Positions 14,064 through 26,699 of a stretch of 64,000 nucleotides of DNA are shown in pieces. The notes beneath the pieces were generated by a model. The model made no database searches and was not told the DNA's origin. It was given only the letters and a program-made list of their open reading frames with translations. The position numbers and the translations under genes were made by a program. This stretch comes from Euprymna scolopes (Eukaryota), in the NCBI GenBank assembly GCA_053919585.1, contig CM132784.1. One strand, written 5' to 3'. How positions within the stretch are numbered: position 1 is the stretch's first letter; each line of letters begins with the position of its first letter.

Positions 14064-14955
14064 CAAAGTGGAACGATAAAAGTGTCTTATTAAAGAAAAC
14101 TACACTTCATCATTATTTTAAAACTTTTATTGAAGGAATCAATTCAGTTAACTTGATTGTGTAGTCGAGTTGATGTCTAGTTAATGTAGTCGCACTCAGC
14201 CACAATCGCCGGAACTTGGAGCATGCCTTTTCCACAAGCGCCGGCGGGATCTCGGCGAATATTCGGCAGATGGCCGTGATCATGCTGGTTTTGGTGTTGT
14301 GGGTGGTGATGTTGGTGATGTTATCGACGTATGACGAAATGAAGCCGTCCAGCGTAGTTAAAGTCTGGAGGAAAGACTGGCTAGTGAGAGGCGGGCACAA
14401 AACCGTAGCACTTCTAAAGCCAAGACTGTTTTGTTTTTTTTTGGACTTGTGGGCCAGCGCCGAGTCCTGTTGCCACACACAAACTCTGCCAACGGTCACC
14501 TGATTTCACCAGAGTATTGGCACACTCTTCAGCACATTGTAGTACACTTTGATGCTGACCTTCAACCTGACTTCGAAGATGTGAGTTGTAAGGTTTGACC
14601 CTCACTTGAAACCACAAAGATAATAACCGTGGCGGAAACTGTGTTTTCACCACCCTGATCACGCCTTAGTTGTTCGTGGAAATCAAGCGATGCATTTTGG
14701 GAGTGCTTACAATGGCCCTGTTGTCATAACTTGGACAGGTAGAGAGCATGAGTTGCACAGCGGCGCATCTCCTGTCTCGCTCGTTGAACGTTGTCTCACT
14801 TTTAGACATAATAGAAAGCCCCTATCGCTCTTGGGATTTGTACGCAACTGGGCAACTAGTAGATAGTCTGCATAAGAAAATTAAACTAGTTTCAATCACA
14901 CAGAAAAAGAATCATGTCGTCTTTTGTTGCGCAGCAAATGCCTCGTTTCACCCTG
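14064..14955 (-). mobile_element. Internally deleted Tc1/mariner element (maT/DD37D-like)
   Basis: TA-flanked TIRs CAAAGTGGAACGA / TCGTTTCACCCTG. Translated VWQQDSALAHK and an SPDLNPLD-like region. Confidence 0.8.
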
Positions 14956-15029
14956 TACAAAAATCACTCCAAATAACTATATTGTTATTAACTTTTAAGA
15001 ATAAAAATCGGTAACTATTTAAAAGGTAT

Positions 15030-16800
15030 TTTCTTTTTTTTTATTTTACAAAGGCATCACCACATTATCAAGGCCCAGAGGCCACTCAAGAATAAGGGTT
15101 AAAGAGTGTACAGTAGAAATTGGTCAATATAGTAATCATTAGTAATGAAAATTTGGTAAATTTAATAACCTATATGGAACGGCTCATCAAGAACTTATTT
15201 ACTTTAGACTTGAACACAACCATATTGTAGTCAGCCGGAAAGCAGGAAAACGGAAGACAATTCCACAGGCGTGCAGTTCTAAGAAAGAAGCTTTGTTCAT
15301 GGAATATACGTTTAGGTTTAGGCACAGATAAAGAGTGGGGGAAATTATTGATAGTGTTTACAGCTAGACGAGTGTTTCTTGTGAAAGTTTGGCGAGGGGG
15401 GACCATAGATTGAAGCTCAGTTGAACACTTTCCATGAAAATAACGATACATCAGACAAACTCGCAATATCTCTTCTGTGAGATAGAGGTTGCAAGGAGGA
15501 GAAAAGGACATCTACGAGGCTACGAAGTCTATTTTGAACTCTATCAAGGCAGGACAAGTCCTTTCTAGCAGCTCCTGCCCAGATGTGGCAACAGTACTCC
15601 ATCCTTGGACGTACCTGGCTCTTATATAGGTAGAGAATAGCATCAGCAGTGAGATATCTACCGGATCGATAGAAAGATCCCACCATTTTTCCAGCGGCCT
15701 TGGCAACAGATTTGATATACGTGTTCCATTTAAGATCAGGAGTAATGCTCAAGCCCAGAAGCTTGTCAAAACTTGAGGCCTCCTGAAGACGAGAGCCATT
15801 CATTTCAATTGATGACAAATGTGAATTAGAATGTTGATGATGTAAAGAGAGAAGCTTGGTTTTAGATGCATTAAAAGTAACCAGCCACTCCTTTCCCCAT
15901 TGTACTACGTGCTCAAGATCAGAGGAGAGAGAATTGGAGAGAACTTGGTCGTTTACTGTCTTAGATGTGGTACCATAAATGGTAGTGTCGTCAGCATAAA
16001 TGTCTACAAATGATGTAAGGATATGATTTGGAAGATCATTAATGTAGATCAGGAAAAGAGTTGGGCCCAGGATGGATCCCTGAGGGACACCGGCATTAAT
16101 ACTGTGAGCTTCTGATTTTTGCTCCTCAACTACTACTCTTATGAACCTATCAGAAAGAAATGATTTAATAATTGAGAAGACTTTTCCAGCTATACCATAG
16201 CTAGCGATCTTATGAAGTAAACCTTTATGCCATACCCTATCAAAGGCTTTAGATATGTCAAGAGCAATTGCCCTAGAAAGATTGCCACCGTCGAGAGATT
16301 TGCTAATCCTATGCGATATAACTGTAAGGACATCTGCTGTAGATCTAGCAGAACGGAAACCATATTGAGTGTCACTAAGAAGGTTGTTTTTGTTGAGATG
16401 TTTGATTACTTCTGTATTTAACACAGATTCTAGCAACTTACTCATGACGCACAGGAGACTTATTGGCCTGTACTGAGAGGGGGATGAGCGATCACCTGAA
16501 TTCTTAAATACAGGGCATACTGATGAGATTTTCCAGGGAGATGGGAAACTATTCTCCTTAAGACAACGTTTAAACAGTTTTGTAAGTATGGGCGCTAATT
16601 CAGGTTGAAGTTTTTTGAGTACTATAATTGGAATACCATCAGGGCCAGTTGCTTTACTCGAATCAAGGTTTTTGATTAGCTTCGCAACATCACGTACAGA
16701 TATACGTATATCACATAGCGTGTTTTCTGATACAGGAGGAAATATTGGGGGTTGGCGGTCTTGGTCGCAAAGGGTAGAATTAGCTGCAAAGTTCTTGACA
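15030..16800 (-). mobile_element. CR1/L2-group LINE, subfamily A; 5'-truncated, best-preserved copy
   Basis: Continuous RT reading ([57 protein letters not shown]), one frameshift near 15450, 3' tail and poly(A). Confidence 0.95.
15170..16800 (-). pseudogene. Reverse transcriptase (ORF2 C-terminal part), frameshifted
   Basis: ORFs 15417-16445 and 15170-15511 join into one RT/C-terminal protein, as in the copy at 22102-22746. Confidence 0.9.
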
Positions 16801-17616
16801 AAGAAGTGTAAACGGCATGTTTTAATAATACTAAACCATTATTATATCTTTATTATTAAGTTTAAAGCATAACTTTTGCTTCCATGCATTCTATGTTATA
16901 TATAACATCCGGAATAATTACTATTAACTTGCCTCTCCTGCCCCAAGAAATTAAGCGTTTCTCTTGAGTTTAGTTGGCATTAANNNNNNNNNNNNNNNNN
17001 NNNNNNNNNNNNNNNNNNNNNNNNNNNNNNNNNNNNNNNNNNNNNNNNNNNNNNNNNNNNNNNNNNNNNNNNNNNNNNNNNNNNNNNNNNNNNNNNNNNN
17101 NNNNNNNNNNNNNNNNNNNNNNNNNNNNNNNNNNNNNNNNGGTTAAAACTCCAAAGATTTTTTAGTCTATATATATCATGATGCCCAATAAAAGAGCTAT
17201 TCATTATAATAAACAGCTTTATTACTACAACTAACGTACGTACATGTTTAGAACATGTTGGAGAGCTGATCAATATATAATTACCTTCTATTTATTAATT
17301 CTATTTTTCATTATGTTATAATATTTATTCCATATTATCATTTATATTAGTTTATAAAACATAATTACTAATAGCTTCTTGTAATCCGAGACTTAGCAAT
17401 ATTGCTGAAGTTCTTTCTTTCTTGCAAATGGAACACTTTTAATATTGTTTTCAATTCGTAAATACACGGGTTATTTCTATCGCATTTAATGTGGCCGTCG
17501 CGGTGGCTAAATCGTTATTTATGTTTGATTATATTTACATGCATTCATGGTTTTAATTATTCGACAGGCGGTAGTGTCATACAGATGAGTGTTGACGATC
17601 AGGAAACATATATGTA

Positions 17617-18795
17617 TCATGTCATCTCACAAGTTCTGTCCGATTTCTTATCTTTGTTTTAAACTTTAACGAAAATTAAAGTATTCTGTATATTGTGATT
17701 TTTTTTTACATGTTTATGTTTAGATGCATTTTAACTGATTACATTTTCTTACAGAACGATAACATTTAAATTTGCTTGATTACAACCCTAATAAGATTGA
17801 AGTGCCTTAGAATCACTTTAAGCATATAATGATTTATGAGTTCAAGAAAGGAAACGGCAGCAGCCGAAGCGGCTAAAAATATTTACTCATTATATGGAAA
17901 GGAATATATGATTGAAAGAACTTACAAACGACGATTTGCGATGAAGATAAGGTTTAAACCGGACGTCCAGTTGAGTTTGATTATCAGTGTTTGAAGAGGC
18001 TCTTGAAGAAAATCCTGCTTTGTCAGTTGAGGAATTGGCAATAAAACTGAGTTCAAACCTTACAACTTTTCCCTGTCACTTGAAAAAGTGTCTAAACTTC
18101 GAAAATGGGTGTTTTTTGAATTGTCTGAAAACAATCTCAAATCTCGAGTCGACATATGCTCTTCTCTCCAATCTTGGCGACATGTTTCACCCTTTTTTGA
18201 TAGACTTGTGACTTGTGACGAAAAAACAACCTTTTATCGAAATGTTTAACGTTGTAGACAATGACTTTTAAATACCTCAGACGCAGCCGAAAAGAGAACA
18301 TAATGGGAATAAGGTTCTTCTTTCAATATGGTCTGATGGACAAGGAATAATCCACTTTGAATTGTTACCACTTAATGCAACAAATTATATTCAAATCTAT
18401 TGTCAGCAATTAGAGTGTTTGAACCCAGCTTTGAGGGGGGAAAGACCTGCTCTAGTATATAAAAGGGGGTGATGTTTACGAGGACAATACACGACCCCAC
18501 ACAGCAGGAATCACCTCAGAAATAATCAAAGAAATTGGTTGGGAGAAAATTCGGCATCTACCCTATTCTCATAATCTAACTCATGCAGATTACAATATGT
18601 GACATTTGTGACTTCTTCAGCTCACAGCCAAAAGGGTTTTACAGTGATTGAATTAATAAGCTTTTTAATAGATGCAAGAATGTTAAGATAATCAAAGAAA
18701 GTATATTGATGCTTATATGTTTAATAAAAAGTAACATTTGGTCACTTTTCTTTTCTTTATTAATAAATTCGGACAGAACTAATGGGATTACCTTA
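17617..18795 (+). mobile_element. Decayed, nearly full-length mariner (DD34D) element
   Basis: TIRs TCATGTCATCTCACAAGTTCTGTCCGA / TCGGACAGAACTAATGGGATTACCTTA. Remnant motifs YEFKKG, DRLVTCDEK, DNTRPH and HLPYSHNLTHADY, with many stops. Confidence 0.9.
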
Positions 18796-18798
18796 CAC

Positions 18799-18879
<81 letters not shown>

Positions 18880-19984
18880 TTGAATTTTATTTTCGACAAA
18901 CTATACATACAATCAAATTAAATAAAATATCTCTACAGTAAATAGCAAAGTTAAATAAGTCATCTAAAATAAAACATGTATATGATATTTACATCTACAC
19001 GAAGTTTGGATGTGTGTTTAAATTCATTTTAAATTAAAAGATTTTACTCATTGTCCGGAGCCCCTCTGGCAGTCTGTTTCAGTGAAATGCAATCTTTTTT
19101 CTATTGAGACGACACCGAAGTAAAATGTTCCCTTGTATTCGCGGTGACCGCAATTTGGCCACGCTGTGAAAATCTCCCCTAAAAGTAGATTACTTGGAAT
19201 TGCCAATTGAAGAATTATGTCTAGAAAACTGAGAACACCAGGCGTAAAGTTGAGAAAGAATCCCCAGATAAGGAAGAGGGCCCGGTTGGCTTTGTTATTA
19301 ATATTTATACAACGAAGCATTTGCTTAAAGGAATTTTCTACCACTGTATCAAAGTGATTTGTAGTAGAAACGAGATTAGGTGCTTAAGGTATAAATCCGA
19401 TATATAGGTCACTTACGATGCTGACGTTATACTAGCTTTGCATAAATAATGCTAGTAAATAAACGGTTTATTAAAGTAAACAAGCTTGAAGAAAACAGAA
19501 TGTTGCGTGATAATGTATACGCATATATTACTCTGTTTAATGCTTAATCATAAAATATTTTACCATTAATTCGACCAAGCAGGGCTACCCGACATGTCTT
19601 GATAGGATCGATAAGAATTTTGGAGTGTTCAAAAAAGAGTTTGATTTCCCTTTAGCAATTAATTCCTTGTAATGGAAAATATAAAGTGATAAAAAGAAAA
19701 TACACAGATTGTTTGACCTAATTTCAAGAATGATTTTTACAAAAATACAAGGGCGAATTTATTTATTTCCAGTGCACGGATTTTATCTCTACTGCTGCCA
19801 TAATGCCGCGTTTCTCCGAGATATACCGGGACAGCATTACGACATTTATTTTATTATATTATAACTGTAAAATATAGTCGATTACTGATAACATTAAGAA
19901 CATTTATAGACTTTATAGAAGTAATTAAAAAATGTTCTATGCATTATATATCTATTTATATCTATATATATATATTTATATAAC

Positions 19985-20788
19985 CAACAGAACGATAAAA
20001 TTTTAAATTGTCCCCGTAGAAAAGACTTCTATTCACGTTCAATGAACACTAGCGTTTTTTTTTGTAGCATACTATTTATTCGTTCACCAGTTATGTACAA
20101 ATCCCAAAAGAAATAGCAGCCCTATATCATGTCTGAAAGTGACACAATGTTCAACTAGCGAAATCGGAGATGCGCCGCTGTACTAATTATGCTATATACT
20201 GATTCGAATTATGACATTCGGACCCCCAAAATGCGAGTCCGAACGGTTACACGCTTGAAGACAGAGCTCCACGGATATTCCGGCCAATGTTACTGTCTTC
20301 TGTGTGGTTTCAAGTAAGGACCACATCATTCTACCTCACATCTTCAAAATCAGCTTGAACGTCAACACCAACGTATGGCTGGTTGTGCTGAAAAGTGTGG
20401 TAATAATCTGGGGCAATCAGGTGGTTGCTTGCAGACCTTGCACGTGGCAGCAAAACTCGGCACCGACCCACAAGTTCGAAGAGACCCAGGCTTGGCTTTA
20501 GAAGAAGTGCTATGATGTTTTACCCTTCTCTCACGATCTGAACCTATTGGACTATATCATTTGGTCATAGTCAAAGTCAGCCATATTCACCGAGAATTCG
20601 CCGAGCTCCTGCCGGCGCTTGTGGAAAAGCATGTTCCCAGTTCCGAACTCGAATGGAGCGGGTGATTGAGGCTGAAAGCGGCTACATTGACTAGATGTAA
20701 GCTCTACTACATTATCAAGTTACCTGAATTGATTTTTCCAATAAAAGTTTTAAAATAAAGCTGTAGTGTTGTTTTCTTTAGGGCGGCC
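19985..20788 (+). mobile_element. Second copy of the maT-like Tc1/mariner family
   Basis: Similar to the reverse complement of 14064-14955. WQQNSAPTHK and DLNLLDY motifs. Right end cut by a gap. Confidence 0.8.
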
Positions 20789-21306
20789 NNNNNNNNNNNN
20801 NNNNNNNNNNNNNNNNNNNNNNNNNNNNNNNNNNNNNNNNNNNNNNNNNNNNNNNNNNNNNNNNNNNNNNNNNNNNNNNNNNNNNNNNNNNNNNNNNNNN
20901 NNNNNNNNNNNNNNNNGAATATTTATAATGCGAAATATAACTAGAAGAAACACTCTTAGTTTTAACCCTCCATTTAGCTAGTATGTTAAAAATGTATATG
21001 CCTAATCGATTCTATAAATTAGTAATAATAATGTTAAAGAAAATGCGATAGAAGGTAAACTACTTAATAAATACACAATAAAGCTATATTATCCCTCTAT
21101 GAAAAACACTATATGTACAATATCTTAAATTAATTCAAACTTTAGAAACAAAGGTGAATAATATAAAACAAAACAATTAAGACTAAAAAGGAAAAATTGA
21201 TTGTATGCAAAAAAGAAAAAATGTGCATTTAAAGGTCAATGCTTGCTAAAAGCATTGTATATACGTATAATGTTACAGTAGGTGATATACCAGCAGCGTA
21301 TATATA

Positions 21307-21695
21307 TTTTTTTTTTTTTTTATTCAATTTTCACCCCAAACAAGGCACAGTGCCACTTTGAAGCAGGGGGCTACTATTAGGGAATTAATTAGCGGGGTCA
21401 TTATGAAGGGAGAAGAGTAGAAAGATGTTTGTTAACATTACACTTGAACTTCTGCATATCATTGCAGTTGGGAAAGCAGAATCCCGGAAGGGAGTTCCAA
21501 AGACCCGCAGTTCTGGGGAAGAAACTATTGGAGTAAAAGGCTTTCTTGCACCTAGGGATCTCCACTGTAAAGGGATGAGACTTAGTAGCTTGTCGGGTTT
21601 GTCGGGGGTAGTTACGTCGGGGAGGTACAAGTGTTTGCAGTTCGTCAGAGCATTCACCATTAAAGTATTTGTAGAACAGGCAGAGGGATTGTTCT
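21307..21695 (-). mobile_element. LINE subfamily B 3' fragment
   Basis: SLCLFYKYFNGECSDEL...FFPRTAGLWNSLP...FKCNVNKHL, then tail and poly(A). Confidence 0.9.
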
Positions 21696-21999
21696 ACAAT
21701 GGTGCGTATAAATTGAGATATAAAAATCATAAGTCCACAATTAAAAAAAAACATTTATGTTTAGTACAAACCAACTTATAATATGATTAAGACCCTATAT
21801 TAAGGAGCTTAAAGAGAAAATAATTCTATAAGAAATGGATCATTTTTGTTAAGACCAATAAGTGCACACTTGATATAAGAGGATGATGTCAGCTGCGTAT
21901 CACCGAACGATAACGTTATAAATAAACGTAATGACATGATAGAGGGTTTCTTGCACAAGTGTACATATAAGCATAATAGTTATATTTGTGAAAAATAAC

Positions 22000-22815
22000 T
22001 TTTTTTTACACAGTGATCACCACTTATCAAGGCCCGGAAGCCACTCAGGGATAAGGGTTATTGCAAGTACATTACGTTAGTGAGGAGATTTGATGAAGTG
22101 TTTACTTAAGGGAGCGGTTCATTAGGAATTTGTTAACATTGGACTTGAAGACATCCAAGTTGTAGCCCGGAGGGAAGCAGGCAGACGGAACAGAGTTCCA
22201 CAGGCGTGCAGTTCTAACAAAGAAGCTTTGTTCATGGAATCCGCGTTTTGATTTAGGCACAGATATAGAGTGGGGGACATTTTTCACAGTGGATTCAGCT
22301 AGACGGGTGTTTTTCGTGAAAGATTGGCGAGGGGGGACCAGGGGTTGGAGTTCAGACGAGCACCTGCCATGGAAATAACGATAAAACAAGGACAGGCTCG
22401 CAACGTCTCTTCTGTGGGAGAGAGGTTGCAGGGTAGAGAAAAGGGCATCCCCCACTAAGCCACGAAGTCTATTTTGTACTCTGTCAAGGCATGATAGGCT
22501 GTTTTTGGCAGCTCCTGCCCAGATATGGCAACAGTATTCCATCCTTGGACGTACTTGGCTTTTATATAGATAGAGAATTGTATCAGTAGTGAGATATCTT
22601 CTGGAGCGGTAGAAGGATCCCACCATCTTTCCAGCGACCTTGGCAACAGACTTGATGTACGTGTTCCATTTCAGATCAGGAGTAAAGGTCAAACCCAGAA
22701 GCTTGTCAAAACACGGGGCCTCACCCAGACGAGAGCCATCAATCACAATTGATGCCAGCTGGGGATCAGAGCGTTGATGATGTAAGGATAGGATAGGAGT
22801 TTGGTTTTGGAAACT
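22000..22815 (-). mobile_element. LINE subfamily A 3' fragment
   Basis: Open 214-aa ORF (22102-22746) homologous to 15170-15850, with the same tail. Confidence 0.95.
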
Positions 22816-23139
22816 AAATTAAACGATTATATATAAGATTAATGTCATGGATACAATAAGGAGAATATATATTGACATTATATTTTGGTAGAAAATAATA
22901 GAGTATATGGGCTGTAAAAACCAATAACCTATATTAAATAAAAGTAAATTACATCACATTATATTAGTAATCATTCTACTTTAGCATTCATAATCATGCC
23001 ACAATGTATAAATATTAAATAGTATTTTACCGTGAAATAACAACTAATTTGAGTAATGAGTACTCGGTAAATAGATTGTAAAATATGATTATAGAATATA
23101 TGACATAATAAGATATAGGATTTTGAATGGAGTAAATAT

Positions 23140-23900
23140 GATAGAACATAAACGTTTATAAGATTAATATAACGATTAAGAGACATACCTATCCTTAACG
23201 TTATAATTCTCCTAGAGATTCCTTGTGGATTTTCTGTAAGTTTGCTGGACAAATCATTCTTGTTGGCCAGAGCCACATCTGCTCTTTACGCTTGACCTTT
23301 CGGCCATTTCTCCAGAAAAATGTCCTTTCTTATTTAGATAGGCAGCCTCTAAGCATCTAAAGCTATACTCCAGTGGAGCGAAACCCCGGCAACTGGCAGC
23401 AATAGACATCGCAGTTTCTCATCAGAAGCTGCATCGGTGAGACTTGCAATCGCCTTAACGCGTCAACAACAGTGCCTTTTGTCGGGATGAGATTCCATAG
23501 CATTTCCTCTATAGGGATACTGAAAAGCCGCTATGGCATGTGATATTAGAGTTCCCTACTCTTAGAATTATCCCAGATAAGGGAAACCCACACGGCAGTG
23601 GGTCAGGGATTGGTTTAATGTCTGAGTATGTCCACAGGTCGAAGGGCCGTAGCACTCAACCTCTGGAGCTCCAAGATCCATTGGCATTCAGCCTGGAGTC
23701 GTAAGTCATCAGTATCCGTGTGTGACCACGAGGAGTCATGCCAAGAATTTAAACACATGAAATGCTTTGTACTGATAAGGAAGACTTCGAATTCCTTTTT
23801 GCATTGTGGTTAGTCAGCGGTGAGAGCTGAAAGCAGAAGTTCATGCTAAGCAAATCACTAGGCGCATAAACACACCTTGTGTGTGCTAACACAGTGAGTG
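23140..23900 (-). mobile_element. RTE-like LINE 5' region (5' UTR plus APE endonuclease remnant)
   Basis: Translated PQGISRRIITLRI...INLINVY and upstream FFWRNG/DVAL-like pieces resemble RTE APE domains. The UTR is GC-richer and carries an HDV-like fold. Confidence 0.65.
23681..23758 (-). ncRNA. HDV-like self-cleaving ribozyme (degenerate)
   Basis: On minus: P1 ATGTGTT/CACACAC, P2 TTGGCAT/ATGCCAA (7/7), P3 GAC/GGT, L3 TCCTCGT, P1.1 GG, P4 CTG..CAG, J4/2 GCTGA. Confidence 0.7.
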
Positions 23901-24175
23901 AATATATATATATATGTATATATATGTATATATATTTATATATATAGTTAAAATACTGAAATTATATTATTTATATATATATTTGTATATATATTATTTA
24001 TATATATATATAAATATATACATATTTATTATTTATATATATATATATATATAAATGTATGTATGTATATATATAGTTAAATATTGAAATTTCAATTCAT
24101 TTCTTATTATTTTAGAATTAATTCTCTATTGAATATATTTTTCTGGTTTCAAAAGTCATAAAAAAACATGTACCA

Positions 24176-24262
24176 TCTGCAAGAATTGAAACAAGAAAGT
24201 TTAGGATTTCAGGCTTAGTCGTTATTTACCTATCTAGCGTCATTACCATCTAGGCTACAGAC
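24176..24262 (-). mobile_element. Degenerate tRNA-derived SINE head
   Basis: Minus strand has an A-box-like TAGCCTAGATGG and a B-box-like GTTTCAATTC. Confidence 0.4.
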
Positions 24263-24468
24263 AAATAAATACGCAATAGTTAAAACTAAGCGAAGTTGTG
24301 CTATGAATATTTCATTTTGAGAAGCGCAATATAAACAGCGAGAGTAATATTTTAAAGGATTACCTTTCAGAAGTCAACTGCTTTCTTTCAATTTTTGCCT
24401 TTTAGCAGATATTTTTGTCAGCTAAAAACAAAATCGAAAGTGTGTGATACAGGACCAAATATCATATA

Positions 24469-25412
24469 CTAGCTGATTGCCTAACGTCGCCCAGTCGTAC
24501 AATAGGCTGTTCTTTCATTATCTGCCTTGATTTTTTGTTCATTTCTTTTATAATTTCTTAGTGTTTTTATTCCTTCTTTATATTTTCTATTCGGATTTAA
24601 ATTACTTTCTTCTTTTCACCATTATCTCAACTTTCCTCAATGTTTGATTTTTTGCCTCTCCTTTTTTCCGCATTTCTCTAGTTATTCGTTAGGCTATTTC
24701 TATACCTTTCTTACTCTCTTATTTTTCCCTCAATGTTCTTTATTCCCATATTTTAGCATTTTATTGTCTAAATTTACTTTCTCTTCTATCTCGCAGGATT
24801 TATCGTCCATCTTTTTCTATATTTCTTACCCTTTTTCCTGTTCACATATTTCTCTTCTAACTTACAGTCATATGTTACATACTACCATCTATTTAATGTT
24901 AACAGGGCGCATATATTTCCGAACTACATAACAATATAATTTAGAGAAAAATAATTCCAAATTGTGTAATATTTACAATTTATTTAACATAGTATTTTTT
25001 AGATATTTGCTTGTCTTTTTCTTATTATATTTTCGATTTCAATAAAAAAAAAAGTCCGTTAATACGAAAAATATTTTAAAAAGTTGCGGGAAAAATGTGA
25101 GTGCACGCTTGTTCTTGTTTGATAGCGTTATTTCTATACATATGATAGGACGACTGTTTAAAATTTAAAAGAAACGAATTAAAACGAAGCATGGGTTCAA
25201 TTTCTGTGATAAGAAACAAATCATATTTCTATCTTTTGATTAAGATTTTTTTTAAATCGTGTTTGTCTTCAGCTGTGTGTTTATTTCAATAAATATTCAA
25301 TAATTAGTAAATAGTATTTTATTAAATATTTATTCAGTAAAGTTGTGTATATCCGAGAATCTACCGCTTAGATAAACAATATGACTAGCCTTATAGTTTT
25401 ATTAATATATAA
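24469..25412 (-). mobile_element. Probable old Helitron
   Basis: A|CTAGCTGATTGCCTAACGTCGCCCAG resembles the 3' ends of the other Helitrons. The far boundary is uncertain. Confidence 0.45.
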
Positions 25413-26079
25413 AACTTTTTTGGAGCTTATTACTGTAAACTTCTAAAGTTATCTCCCTTGGCTCTTGTTTATTTTGCTCAGGTCTCTTATGATATCTTTT
25501 TCTCCTGTCTTCATTCAAATATTCTATTCTTTCTTGTATTTTGCATTTTTTTTAAAACTTATTATTAGTGTTAGCTTCTAGAATTATCGCTCTTTTCGTC
25601 TGCTGAGACATTTTAACCCAAACAGTTACAAATAAAAAGAGAATAACAGATTAAGAAAATTCAACCGATTGAAAAGAAATCTAAAGAATAAATAAATGAA
25701 AGTAAATTCATAACTTCACTCAACTATTTACACCGGTCTTAATTCGCAGACGCACATTACTATGAATACACGTATGAGACGAGAGGTGCGTTCGTGTTGT
25801 CTGGGGCTTTTAGATCGCTTAAAAAACACACGTGCCAGGGAGAGGAAATGTCAGCCCTGTGGGAAGCGTTAGGCCAGTGACGTTGAAAGCAGAAACGACA
25901 TCTGAAACTAACAAATTGGATAGCGACATTTTGAACAAATTTTGTCTTTTCTCTTTTTATAAATTCCTTTGCCAATCTTGTGAAAAAGTAAAACCGTTTA
26001 ACTTGTAGATGTTTCTTTCGTTTTCACAAAACAACTAAAATGGTGCAGTTCTTGTTTTAGTTCTAGACATGTAGACAAT

Positions 26080-26080
<1 letters not shown>

Positions 26081-26138
<58 letters not shown>

Positions 26139-26140
26139 TA
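26081..26140. repeat. (TAA)n microsatellite
   Basis: About 20 units. Confidence 0.95.
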
Positions 26141-26149
26141 ATTGCAATA

Positions 26150-26680
26150 ATGATGTGTGTCGATTGTGCGGGCAGAAACTAATAATGTACAACACATCCC
26201 CAACTTTTTGGAAAGTGAGCTAAAACATACATGAACCGTAATGACAAAATCTCGAGAAAGTTCCAGTGGAACATATGTAAGATAGGAAGGATGACATGCA
26301 GTGGGTAATGGCAGGAGGATGTCTCACGGTAGAAGGTGCACTGTGGAATTATTGTGGGATGTGAATATCGAATGTGACAATTTTATTTAATCTTATTTCA
26401 AAAAAAGAGACACAAGACAATAACCATTGATATAGCAGAGCAATATGATGTGAATGTTTAGGCAAATAATAAGGAAAGGTAAACAATTATCAAAACTTAA
26501 AATAGATATTACAATATTGTGAAAGTTGAAGAAAGTAAAAGTTGTATTCGTTGAGATGAGATCATTCTGAAATGTTTCGAAAAGTTTTATTGAATGGACC
26601 GAGACAAATGGAATTCATTGCAATTATGAAGCGCTTCAGAAGTCGGAATCTTGTGAAAAGTACTGGAGACCTGGGAGAGG
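26150..26680 (+). mobile_element. R4/Dong-like retrotransposon 3' fragment (CCHC plus REL endonuclease)
   Basis: CRLCG..., LLWDVNIECD, TIDIA and KKVKVV remnants. Confidence 0.7.
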
Positions 26681-26699
26681 AAAATGTTGAGAACAAAAA

